From Raillietiella orientalis (lineage: Eukaryota): a DNA stretch of 64,000 nucleotides. Below the pieces are notes generated by a model. That model had not been told where the DNA came from, ran no database searches, and saw nothing but the letters and a program-made list of their open reading frames with translations. Below are positions 37,881-50,522 of this stretch, piece after piece. The stretch is from positions 930,001 through 994,000 of the forward strand of contig JAYWIR010000003.1 of the NCBI GenBank assembly GCA_036172245.1, written 5' to 3'. Position numbers and translations under genes: made by a program. Positions within the stretch are counted from its first letter, which is position 1, and each line of letters opens with the position of its first letter.

Positions 37881-40800
37881 TTCACACAGGGTACTTTCGG
37901 GCCAACAGGGATATGTGATCGAGCAGCCAAAAGGCGAATCGTGATGATTTCTCTTCCCATTTCTTTTTCAGTTTTCTTTGTTCTTTTTTTCTTATTGCAT
38001 AGCTCTCATTGGAGCTGGGAAGTCCCACTTCCCTGGGCAGAAAGCTTTATCTGGAAATTCTGTGTGATATGGGTGTGGGAGCTCACCCTCATTTTGGGCA
38101 AGACAGGCTTGCTTCGAGGGTCTTTTTCTGGTGGAGCATCTGCCTTGCCTTTATTCATTATGCCTTGCAAAGTTTATTCTCATACATGTGGGCACCCTTA
38201 CACCCTTACCCCATGCCAAAGGTTTATGGATCATATCTGATTCACATTGTTGCTTTAACCTGTTGTTGTTGAGATGACTTGGGTCGTGGTCCCCTACTGC
38301 GACCTTCCAACTGTGATGAGAAGTGGCTTCCAACCAGTTCCTCTCCCAATATCCCCATCTCATTTCATTTCTCATGGGAGGGGAGTGCCTTTTTAATTCC
38401 ATGCTGCCCAGTTCGTCCCAGTGAAGAAAAGTGCTGTCTGTGATTGTGAAACTTGCCCTGTGCAGTGCAATCTGATAACATGTTTATTTATGGATACTAC
38501 ACACTGTAACGTATTTTTTTCTCGATTTTTCAATTTTGGGGCAGCGAACCCTTCCTAAACTAATTGTGAATGGACAAACCAGTGATACTTATTATAGCTT
38601 TCAAATTTTTTATATTTATAAATGATGAAGAGGGATGTGGTTTTTACGTAGTTTGTTATGAGCGGCAGTTTGTAAAGCTATTAAAAGTTGTTGCAATATG
38701 AATCAGGCCTTGTGTGGGAAACTGACAGTATTGAGTATATCACACTGTGGTCATATTTTAAATTTTGTGTTGAAGCACGGTGAAGTTTGTAATGTTAATT
38801 AAAATTATTTTGTGATCACATTCTGTGCCAAATGTTTAATGCTGTTTATTAAAAAGTACAGCAGTGACAAGCATACAGTCACTGATGTATTGCACTTAAC
38901 AAATGCAAGATAAGTTACTGTGTAGTATATGAAATTTTCAAAGTATCCATTATTGTAGGCATGTTTTTATGTTATCAAATGTGATGCTATGCTGCCATGA
39001 ATATTTGCAAAATCACGTATTTGGCAAATGTACGTTTTACTCTTTTTAATGCATGTAGATTTGGATAATATGCAAGACTACATAAGTGTACATTGTAGTT
39101 TATTAAATGTTTTCGTGAACTTAAAGTATTTTCCTAATTTTTCATTATTAAAATTTTCTTTGAAAAGTAATGAAGCATTTGAAACTATTACACAAACCAA
39201 AGATCACATGATCAGATGTCATGAATTGCTCAAATTATTACAGCGAATCTTTGATTTATTGCCTGATTCGGATAAAGTGAAATTCTCAATTAAGTATAGT
39301 ATAGTATGATTTGAAGCATTCAGATATGTTGAACCAAACTTTATAAAGATTATTGCATATTTGGCATTACCCTTTTTTTTTTTTTTTTTTTGAACCTTTT
39401 GAATTTTGCCTGGATGTATGGATCAGTTTTAAAACCTGTATATTATTATCATTCTCATCATTAATATTAAATAATGTAATTGAAATTGGTTTATACTTTA
39501 TGGTATGTTTTGACCTTTCAGAACCAAAAATTTTTATTTTGCTTGCAAATAAGTTCATGTAGAATAGTAACATGGTAGCAGAATTTGTAAATCTCAAAGA
39601 TTCCATTTTTTGTGTGAATTGACATATTTCGAGAAATATATATATGTGCAAGTGTTTACTTGTATCTTGTAAATGAAGATTTTGAAAGTCATACTCGTTT
39701 CCTCTTGTCTTGACGGCAGCATTCAGTGCTGAAAATGTTCTCTGCATTCCAAACCTCCCTTTCGAGGTAGATAAAATACTTCCTTGTGGGTTTGTTTTTT
39801 CCTTGTGTTCAGTTTTCGATTCCAGCATTTGCAAATGTGGTGTTAAAGTGCAACTGTACAGTTTTGGTGTTTTCGTTTGGCGAGCAAAAGGAATGTTATT
39901 CCATGTATTTAGCTAGAGAGCTAATGGAAGGTTTCATTCATCATCACAATGCAATCAGTGGCTATATGAATGCATACAGTCCTTTCTCTCTTAAATTGCG
40001 AAAATCCTTTGAGTCTAAAAGAATTACTTTGATGAGTTCAACAAAACACTGAAGTTGAGCAAAGTGCATTGCGTTGAAGTGTTGAATTTTTTTGTGTGTG
40101 AGAGACCTTTATGCTGACCACATGGGTGGTGTTATTAATTGAAGAGGAAAAAAAGCAGCGAGAAATCGTTAGACGTGAAAGCTTGAAGTTTTCTGAAGAA
40201 ATTGCAAGTTTAAGTGAATGAAATCCTGCCGAAGCTAAATTTACTGTTTTGTAACTTTAGAGTGCAGCGTGTGTGATTTTGGGGCCTTTTGATTTCGTGG
40301 CGTTAAGAGGTCATTCAACAAACCGCCGAAGTTTCGCAACTTTTAAAACAATTAATTTTGCTTAACATCTCCACTGCATCTGTGCATCAGCACGTTGATG
40401 GCGTTGGCGACTTTTGTTTATACGTGATTTCTTGGTAAGTAGGCAAGACAAGTTCCTGCCGTGGAGCAAACAGTCTTTGCCTCTGTTAGATTTCTTCTGT
40501 GATTCAAGGCACAGCTTATCTTCCGAGGGGTCAAGATACACAATCAACGTGCCTTTGTTTGGAGTGCTGCCATTATTTATTCCTGTTCTGGCCGTATGTT
40601 GCGTGTGCTTGCTGTGGAATACGTTACAATGCCGAAAGTGTTCGGATCAGCAACGCAGCTTCCATTCTGTGTAGCAGATGCCAGGCGTTCCCAAGACACG
40701 TCGCTTGTCTCCGGGAAAGGGAGTAACCATCCGTCGGCACGGGTTGTTTTCAAACGCACATTTTGCTTCAGAACCGTCCACTTTTTCACCGCGGCCACAG

Positions 40801-41599
40801 AAGTGGCGAAAGCAAAGCAAGTTTGGGTCAGTGGTATGTAATGCTTTTCATACCTTCAAACCAAGTTGCTTGGCTTACTGCGGTGTGATATATAGCGTTG
40901 CTTTTCCACGGCGTGCAGAGTACGTTGAATTGGAAAATCCCGCACACGGAAGCAGGATGCGAGCTGGGGAGAGATCTTGAAGTTGCGGTGATGGATGCGG
41001 CAGAGAGCAAACAGAGATGCCCAAGAAGCTCTGGCGCACGAATGTTACACGAATTTGAAGTTGTAGGAACTTTTTTGAACGGGGATTTAAATGGCAAATA
41101 GTGGACGAATGTTCGGTTCCGAAAAGAATTCCGAGTAGCATCTCAGAGCACATGGATGATTTCCGTGAAAGACCTTTTTCGTTCACGACGCCTAATGAGG
41201 AAACACGAATACCCTCTGAATACAAATCTGTAAAAACGACACTTACAGAAAATGAAAGATTTAGAATAATAGTAACTTTTATTTTCCAGATAGCAAAGTT
41301 TTTGCCAAAACATCAAAAAACCGGAACAAAAGTGCGCTGATACTTTAATGTACGGAAAGACCTGTTGCGCCAAGTTTCTTAGGAAAAGTCCAGTAAGTTC
41401 CTAGGTCACTTAGATGACACAGAGAACGTAGGACAACACGGAAATTTTTGTTTTTTTTGTTTTTTTTTGAAACGAAGGGCAGATTTCGTAGTTGGGAATT
41501 CGTCCTTAGTCATCACGACTTCCTTCGAGGTGGCTTACTGAACCACTGCGACATGTGGAAGAAAGGATAAGGACATTCCTTTCATTGCAATAATTTTCC

Positions 41600-42300
41600 T
41601 TTCTATGACTGTGACAGTTTTAGAATCGGCAGTGCCAGAGTCCCTTCACGTGACCGAATGCCCCATAGTATTTGATAATTAAAGTCTCCGCTTTTTCTTG
41701 GAGGTAATGGATAGATCACGCAATTTTGGGATGTAAAAACGGGTAGCGTGGGGAGTGACGCAAGAAAAGACTCTGGTGGTATTTCTGCAGACAGCAAATA
41801 GTGATTAGTCGCGATATTTTCAAAAGATAAACACTGTTATCGATGTATCAAAAAAATCACACAGCACTGCCATCGAAAGATTCACATTAAATGGGTTTGC
41901 ACTTTCGTCCGTCGTTAAAAGCATATCTGCTCTTGAGCAGGAATTTTCGTCTGCAAGAAGCCTTTGTCACAGCTCCCAAAGTGAGGCATCCGACGGATTA
42001 GAATCGTTCGAGTAAAGCGGGGGGGGGGGGGAAGCGTTTTCCGAGGAACCGAATTTCTCACGTAACCACTTGGAGCTCTTAAATGATCTGGTGATACAGG
42101 TCTTCAGAATCTCTTTGACGTAGGCGTGACGAAGTTTTTCTGTTCCTGTTTGCGAGCGGGTGCTTCCAACATGGGGAAGAAGTCGAGTTTTCGCAAAAGC
42201 GTGAACAGTCTTCAAGATTTCTCGAGTCTTTTCCAAGTCCTTTAACATTTCTTCTTTGCGTTGCAGTTTTGCCTCAAATCCGTGCACATTATGACGGGTT
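41600..42300 (-). mobile_element. Degenerate pogo/Tigger-like (CENP-B HTH + DDE_1) transposase relic
   Basis: QRKEEMLKDLEK (psq-type HTH start), SFKSSKWLREKF (FKAS.GWL..F), EQI.F/TDES (QIFN.DET), LPVFTSQN (LPV.Y..N). Confidence 0.35.
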
Positions 42301-43079
42301 TACGAATGCATAACTACTTACCCCCCGGTTTTGTGTGTGCTGTTACATGCCCTTTGCTCTAACCAGGAGCGGTTTCTCTCGGAAAGCAGTGGCGTCTCGT
42401 TGCTTTCGATCCCCTCCCTTTTATGTTGTTCTCTTTTTCAGAACGATGGGTTACGTTTACATCCACGCATTCACGATCCATAGTTCTGGACTGTAATTGA
42501 TTACAGTTCCCATCCAAACGCCTCTGAAGCGAGTGCAACGTTTAAAGTGTTGTGTTGTCAGCGGCGTAATAGAGCGTTGTCCTATTTTGAGTTCATTTCT
42601 TGATCATCAAAGGACAGCATCCATCCATCAAGGAAGTGTTTTCCTAGGGACACACGTAGCTGGAATTGCTTGGTTCGACCTACGAGGAGAACACTCGGAC
42701 CCGAGCAAAGCGAGCCGTTTTTTTTTAACCACCCATCCTTCCGAGTAAGACACAGCTTGTGAAAATACATACCAGTGGATACATTACCGAGCAAACAATT
42801 TATCTCGTGACTCTTTGAATTACAAGGTTTCTACATTCACTCATCGAAGCGTTATCTCGAGATGAATGTGGTAGATTGAATCATATGTTCATTTACCATA
42901 AAAGCTGAAAACTTATCTACATGGGGGCAAAAGTTAATATATGTAATAATAATGTTTTAATATATGTAATATTTTCTTTTAATATATGTAATAACAATCT
43001 ATTAAAAAAAAAAGAAGAAGCAATGGGAGGACTTTAAGCAATATCTTTGCCCAGGCAAAAGTAATTCATTTTGCTACAG

Positions 43080-45050
43080 CTGTTTTGATTTCTCCGTAGA
43101 TAAAAACCAGTACGGTTTCTTAAAAGCGTGCCAGAGGCAGGAAAGAAAAAAAGAAAGAAATTTCTACGAAAGCGTGCATTTTGCACATATCTACACTCAA
43201 ACATGCTACTTTAATAAGTTGATGAAGTACTTGTTCGAATAGCAAAAATGTTTGCTTGGGTAATCTATGTATACATATTGAAGAGCGGCATTTTTATCAA
43301 AGTACTCATGCTTTTTGGAGATCATGTAACTATGTTGATGCAGCATGCAGGCAGAGGAATGGAATGTGCTGGATGGTTGTTTAGTTCTCGTTTTTCGAAA
43401 GTTCTGATTCGATAATGGGCTGGGCAAGTACTTGTGCTGTCATCTGAGAAAAAGGAGCCATGAGCTGAACATTGGTAAATATCTCCATGGAATATATAAT
43501 GAACGACTTGAGCATTTCATCTGTTTGAAGGTAGCACAACCGCTTGTGATCTGAAATAGAAAACACGAAAATGCAGCCATCTTTCTGTCTAAGATGCTGG
43601 CAGCACTGTCTCTTTGCGAACAGAGGTGTTTCCTTTGGGGAGTCACTGTTGCCAAGGTACATGGTAATGGAGAGACGAAGAAAGTTTGGATTTATGTGCA
43701 GACGAGGTGGTGTTTGTGGCTAAAATGCTTGTCATTTCTAATTTTTGTTACGGAAACATATCATCTTACATTTTGCGTCTTCGGATGAACGTACTGATGG
43801 GAGTGCGAAAAAGCATTCCTAAAAGTCGGCTTTACCATTGACCATCTTCAGAACCAGTCGCTGTATCGGTGTTAAAACAAGTAATCATCTAATCTTTAAA
43901 GTTTTTACGTTCCACACAGTCAGTCGTCTTTGGTTAGCTTTTCTGTGCTACATGAAGAAACATAATTGAAATTTTGATGGGCTGGGAACCAACAGGGCAA
44001 ACATAAGAAACATTTAACAAAATACGTGTTCCTTGAAGGCTCGAAAAAGACGCATCAGATGAGGACACATTGGTTGAAAGAGTTCATGTAAGTCGAGGCA
44101 GTTCAACAACAAAGAGCATGCATCCTTCTGATTTGAGGATTCACGTAGATCCTGATGATCCTGGCTATTACTTAATCTGTCCTGTTGCAGTGAAGACTAA
44201 TTATGCATAATGCTTATGCAATTTCATGCCTTGACATTCAAGTTCGATTTTAATTTTCTAAACAGAAGCCTCAGCAGGACTGTGTGTGTTCATAACATCG
44301 AGGAATTATTAATTTTTATTATTTGAACGTATCAAGTAAATTGTGAAACACGGCAGAACTTTTTAGGGTGTCTTTCAAATTGGAACTGGAAAATGGTTCC
44401 AAGAAAACCAGTTGTACAACCCTTTTTTACATTTCAGATAAAGTTTTCGTATGTGCCGTACGTATGTCGTATTTATCTTCCGTTGGGTAGTCACCGTCTA
44501 GTTGGCAGTTTACCTTTCTACAAAAACTTCATTTTCACTTTATGCGCACGTACTCGTGTTGCAGAAGACGAACAGATTATCTTGCAAGAATTCATTCAGG
44601 AGCTTTATTGCTATTAAGTGGGATGTATGTCATACGATAAGATGTAACTGAAGCTTGAAAAAATAAAAAAAATGTATGACCATTCATGATTTACGTTCGG
44701 TTGTCCAGCTTACACATTTGGTATCGGACGCATTCAAGCACAGAAAACGATCTCTGTTTCGTTTCCTTTGATATTCATTTATAATTTCTGTGGGGAAAAG
44801 GGAACGAATAACACAGTTCAAAAGGGAACATTATAATTTGATTGATCATTTGGGAACCAGCAGCAACAGAACAGCTTATATTACTGAGTTTGCCATTAGG
44901 AATGGAAAAATTAGAAAGGAAAAGCGAATCCTGCATCACTGTTTACAAAGGACAATTGCCACTTGGAACCAAGAGAGAGAGTTTCTGAGATGACAAAGAT
45001 GCTGCAATCACCACTCATGAGGATTTGCGAGTTTTAAGTCTTGATGCCCA
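43080..45050 (+). mobile_element. Degenerate RTE-like non-LTR retrotransposon ORF2 relic (AT-rich copy)
   Basis: KNQYGFLKA (QYGF), IHIEERHFYQSTHAFWRS (D.EKAF....LW), DNGLG/QVLVLSS (GLRQG..LSP), RSFIAIKWD (RRLL.IKW.D), LIDHLG...GKIRKEKR....RTIATW (GH+..GKIEGKR...I..W), in order. Confidence 0.5.
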
Positions 45051-47109
45051 TGACTGAAAAAGTTTCTACCACAAAGCGAAATTCAGAAGTCCAGCCATCA
45101 AATGGGCATGTGACAAATACAAGGTGAAAGGTCGCTCAAGAAAGGTCACTTTTCTTTGAAGATGTTATCTGAAATCTTCCAGCGTTGCACTCTTGCAAAC
45201 GCACGACCGTTGCAAACTTCAGAAGAAACATGTCAAAGAAACACTCACTCTTAATTAAAACAGTGCACACGAATTTTTTTTTTTTTGCTTAAACTGCTGT
45301 TGTGTTTTGGCAGACTCACGGCTGGCACCTTTTTATTTTAATTTGCTCGCGGCATGCATTTCTCATTTCAGGTTAAGGGGAACTTCTTCCGCAGATTCTG
45401 CAATCAACAAAATCAGTCTTCACGGACTGTCATAAATATCTTAGACTGAATCTCAGGATTCGTAAAGCTACATCGATTTTCAAGATTACATGGCCCAATG
45501 TGTACTTACCAGTTATTTTTAAGGCAGCAGTTTCGAGAACTGGTATTCGGAACAACACTAAATCCATGTAATGCCCAAGTGCAAGAATTTATAACTAAAC
45601 GAAAAACAAAAAAACAGCGCAAGTCATGTATTTGAAAAGTAAAAGAAAAATCCAAGTAAACTCAGAATACATTTAAATTCTTCGTTAGGTGCTTCAGCTA
45701 TCTTATGATCATATGATCACATTTGAGAGCGAGCCTCACGTAGTTGAAGCTCACGGTTTCGATCACTATTTAAAACTGAGGTATTTGCAGTGCTCAGTGG
45801 TTTCAAGATTGTTGTACTTGTTAAGCTGATTATTAGGACACTTAATCTTCTACTTGCCATTCATTAGAATTTTACAGACAGCACTCCACAGATCATTGGT
45901 TAGAATAATCTGCTTTCATAGAAATGTGTTCTTAAATCGATCCTGTGTCCTGGAAATTTTATCTCCTCTACGGCTTCTGTTTGCAATTTCCTTGTTTGCA
46001 CGTTTCTCACAGAACTTGGGCACGAATGCTATTCTTTCTTGAAGTGAACTTTTGGTGGTCGTGCACTTCGTAATACCGAGCATATTTCCTGATTCTTCTT
46101 AAAACAACGGCATTTGGAATTGATTTTACTGATTTTCTTGATTATTTTCTTCTATTTTGAGACAATCTTTAGATAGCATTGGATTTCTTTATCATGATTA
46201 GTTTCCTCGTTGTGAAAATTGCATTTTTTCTTTCTCGGTATTCTATTTTCATGTCACTGAATTACATTCTGGAATAAATGATCTGCCCAAACAAGGAAAT
46301 AAACCACTTAAGAAGTGAAGTTAAAATATCAAATTGGGTAACTTTGAAACATGACGAATTCATCTGGACACTGAAAAAGAAATTGTCATGTCTATAAGTT
46401 GCAAGACACCCTACTAAATTAACCGTCGGATTACGTGAGCTATGAGGGCTTTTTTTTTTTTTTATCAGAGGTGATTGAGATTTATATGAAATGCTGCTCT
46501 AAGAATCAAGAACTCACCCGACACAGCGTTGTCCTCGGAGGAATTCTTTCGACTTGTGGGGAATCCCCTGTGTATCGGTTTGATGTCTTAGAGAGGAATT
46601 TTTTGACCACTGTTTTGAAAGCAGTTGGCTTAAAAGCCAGCAAATCTAAATTGGCTAATCATCATGCATTCTTATTCTTCTTGAAGGACACGTTTGAATG
46701 CGTAGAAAGCTTCCAAATTCATTTGGATAATTATGATGTGTGGATAGGCGTGAGAAGTATTGATTTGCAATGAAAAAGATTTCGAAGTGCTTTTAACGTG
46801 AAATCGTATTGCTATTCTGTGCGCTCTCCCTAAAATATGGCGAACTCCGCGCGAAGGAACATGCACAGGCGTTACACCTGAAGCGGAAGGCAGGGAAACT
46901 GGGGTCGGCACCTGTTCACATCAGTGAAAATACGAAAGTGTTTTACTTGTTTTGCAGAAGAAGACTTGAAATAATGTGCCCACATGCGCTGTCGTGTAGA
47001 AAAAATTGGCATGCTGCACTTGGATGTTAGTCTTATGAAATGCATGGAGACAACATTTCTTGCAAGTTCTTTCCCCCTCGTGCCTGAATAGTTGCAAATC
47101 GCCAAACAA

Positions 47110-50100
47110 ATGTCCAGAATCATTGTGAAGAACTTGCCACCAGGGGTAAAATTTTGAATTTATTTGATGTTTCCTTAAGAGGAAAACAGTGATTCCAGTA
47201 TGCGTTTGCCCTTGTCAAATTTTGACGCTTTTGTAAACAAACTGAATTGCATTTTCAGTAATTTGTGGTTTTTAAAAGTATATCAGACTTACGGAAAGTG
47301 GTATGTCGGGGTTCATTTATTGATATTTGAAATAAAAGGTGTTTTTTAAAAGTCTCAGCTCTTTTTGTTTTTCAACATTGCTTTAATTTTGCACTGCGGC
47401 TTGATTTCGATTCCATGATCAATGCGTTTCGAAAAACAAATGGGTAGTGTAACCTTTAACGTGTTTGATGTAAGGCAACCGGTTCACAATAGAACTAGGG
47501 GGATTTACATATTTGTGTTCTCAATTATCTAGAGGTAAATTTTGTTTCAAGGTCACAGGGAGCCAGCTGTCAGAACTGTTTAGCAGCAAAGGTCTAGTGA
47601 CTGATGTGCAATTGAAATATACGAAAGATGGTATTTTTCGTCATTTTGCATTCATTGGCTTTGAACATGAATCAGAAGCAGAGTCTGCTAAAGAGTATTT
47701 TCATACTACTTTCATTATGGGCAGTAAAATTCACGTAGAATTATGCCATAATTTAGGTGAATAAATTTGCATTAGATTATATAAAATAGATCATTGATGT
47801 AGGTGAAAAAACGACGAAAACAGCAGTAACAAAGAAAAAGCAGCATTCTGAGGATGTTGGTAATGCACCTTTGAGTAAGAGAATTCTATTGAGTGATCAC
47901 AAAGATCCTGGTGTTATAGATCAGTTGAAAGCCAAGGTAATCTTGAACATGAGTTTTTCAAATGATAATAAAAATATTGTTTTTCCCGAAAGTTCAAGAG
48001 TGACCCGAATTTTTCCCTCTTTTGGGAAGCCAAACAAAAGAATGGACAAGCTAGTGATTTTGCATTGCTTCTGAAGGAAGATGGAATTCAAGATCCAGAG
48101 CAGAAGCTGGATGTCAATGCTTTTAAGACAAGGAATGCAGCCAGTTTTCAACCTAAAGAAGTAGGTAGAGTTTCCTTTCCTAATAGTTGAATCCAATATA
48201 TTCAGTCAACAGAAGAAATGCAGGATATACCATCATCACTTGGAGATCCTTCTCAAAAAGAGATTACTTCTATGAAAGATTCTTCACTTGGAAAGAAATG
48301 CAGAAATTTTCGAAAACTGATAACTCTGAAAGTCTCAGGGCTTCCTCATGCAGTCAATCGACGCATCATTAAGCATTTTTTCCGCCCCATCAAGCTGTTG
48401 TCAGTACGTCTTCCACCATCTCAACATGGCTTTGCATATGTGGGAGTAGCTTCAGAGAAGGATGCTCGAATGGCCCTGCATAAACATCACAGTTTCTTAA
48501 ATGATCATCAAATTGAAGTTCGATGCTCAGAATTGTCAAAGAAATCAATCAGTGCTGCACAGTGGAAAGAGCTTAAAAAACCTTCACATGAAGCAGAACC
48601 TATTGTAGACACCGGACGTCTCTTCTTACGCAATTTGGCCTATACAGTGACAGAAACTGCCCTGCGACAGTTATTTGAACCGTTTGGTGAGTTCATTATG
48701 TGTCTTCATTTTGATTGCATTATAGGACCATTAACTGAAATGCATTTGCCTGTGGATCAGCTTACACGCCATTCTAAAGGCTTTGCCTTTGTCACTTTCA
48801 TGTTCCCTGAACATGCTTTGCAGGCTTTTAATCAGCTTGATGGCAGCATTTTTCATGGTCGTTTGCTTCATTTGCTGCCTGCTGTGACCAAGCCAGATTT
48901 TAACCCTATGCATTTAGGTAGCAATTATTATATTGTTTTCTTTTTATTTGATTGCTTGTAGAAGGGATCCCATACAAAGTTCGCAAGCGTTTGGAAGACA
49001 AATCTCATGCTTTTTGTGACCACAACTGGAACCCATTGTTTCTTGGTGCAAATTCTGTAGCAGATGAGATTTCTCATCATTATGGACATTCCAAACGTGA
49101 AGTTTTAGGAGAAGAAGGAGGCAGTGCTGCTGTTAGGCTTGCTTTAGGAGAGACACAATTGGTGCTCGAGATGCGCCAGTTTCTGGAGAGTAATGGAGTT
49201 TGTCTAGATGCCTTTCAGCAAGTAAGTGCATATGCAGATAATATTTAATGTTGTTAGCCTGATGCTGAACGCTCAACTACTATCATTCTGGTTAAGAACC
49301 TTCCAGCACATACCATAGCTAAGGAGTTATGGCAACTGTTTCAGAAGTTTGGTGAGTTGGGTCGTGTGGTATTACCACCATCAGGTACTACAGGTAAAGA
49401 TCATTCCAATTAAGAATGGTGCAGTATTTTTTGTTGTATGGTAGCAATTGTGGAGTTTCTGGATCCAGCAGAGGCTCGTGTGGCATTTTCTAAGTTAGCT
49501 TACACCAAATTTGGGAATGTACCCTTGTTTCTGGAATGGGCTCCTGTTGGTATTTTCAAGAAGGAGTCAATTTCAAGTGCCAACCTTAAAAGTGAATGCA
49601 CATCTGAGCCATTTACACCACCAGAAGGAACAACACTTTATGTTAAAAATTTGAATTTCAATACCAGTGAAAATAGTTTGCAACAGGTAGGAAGAAAGTC
49701 AGTATTTTTTATATTTGGGATAGCATTTTGCAGCATATGGTCCAGTGCTTGATGTTACTATAGCTTATAGTAAAAACAAGAGCAATTCAGGGAAGTGCCT
49801 TTCTTTAGGATATGGCTTTGTTCGATTTAGCACCAAAGAGGCTGCACAGACAGCTTTATTGAAACTCAATCAGAGTGAATTGGATGGCCATCAGTTAGAA
49901 TTGAAGCTGGCAAAGCAGGCTTCCAGGTGAGTTATAATAATAAAACTTATTATTAGTTTGTAGGTTACGGAAATTTGTGGCTTTGAAAAAGAAAGATGCA
50001 AATGAAAATGCAAAAGATAAGATCTTGGTGCGTAATGTTCCATTTGAGGCTACCCGTCAGGAGCTAATGGCCCTATTCCAACCATTTGGTCCACTTCTCA

Positions 50101-50467
50101 ATGTGCGTATGCCCAAGAAATTAGGTGGCACACACAGAGGATTTGCTTTTGTGGAATTTAGTTCAGCAAGTAATGCTAAGGTAAGCATTACAACAAAAAG
50201 CTTTGTATTTCTATTGGCTTCAGAGTGCTTTTGAGGCTCTTGGGTTGAGTACCCATTTGTATGGACGCCGTTTAGTGTTAGAATGGGCAGACACAAATGT
50301 CAGTATTGAGACATTGCGCAAGAACACCCATAGATATTTTGATGCAACAAAAAGTAAGTGTCGTACCGACAGCATGCATGTATAGTTTTGTTTTAGTTGT
50401 TAAACAGCCCAAGGCTACTACAGATATAACTGAAGATGGAAAACAAATAAATGAATTTTCTGCTTAA
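47110..50467 (+). CDS. RBM19: RNA-binding protein 19 (RBM19/Mrd1/RBD-1), six-RRM pre-rRNA processing factor
   Basis: Hand-spliced exons: 47110-47145, 47552-47756, 47803-47936, 47993-48160, 48206-48686, 48726-48917, 48962-49221, 49258-49393, 49445-49686, 49724-49926, 49964-50180, 50224-50353, 50397-50467. All introns are GT-AG and phases are consistent, giving 2475 nt = 824 aa + stop. Family motifs: MSRIIVKNLP...TDVQLKYTKDGIFRHFAFIGF, GRLFLRNLAY...KGFAFVTFMFPEHA, HNWNPLFLGANSVAD...SAAVRLALGETQLV, ILVKNLP, KILVRNVPFEAT, STHLYGRRLVLEWA. Confidence 0.96.
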
Positions 50468-50477
50468 AGGACAGGTT

Positions 50478-50483
50478 TTTATT
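50478..50483 (-). promoter_or_regulatory. Polyadenylation signal (AATAAA) of IQCD
   Basis: Plus-strand TTTATT in the 55-bp gap between the RBM19 and IQCD stop codons. Confidence 0.55.
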
Positions 50484-50522
50484 GAATGAGTCCAAATGGC
50501 AACATTATTTTTGAAACCTTGC

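Noticed and set aside
47468..47512. Hairpin ending near ACA in the long first intron of RBM19 (possible H/ACA snoRNA)
   Set aside because: Only one imperfect hairpin, the ACA is within the stem, and there is no clear H box or second hairpin.
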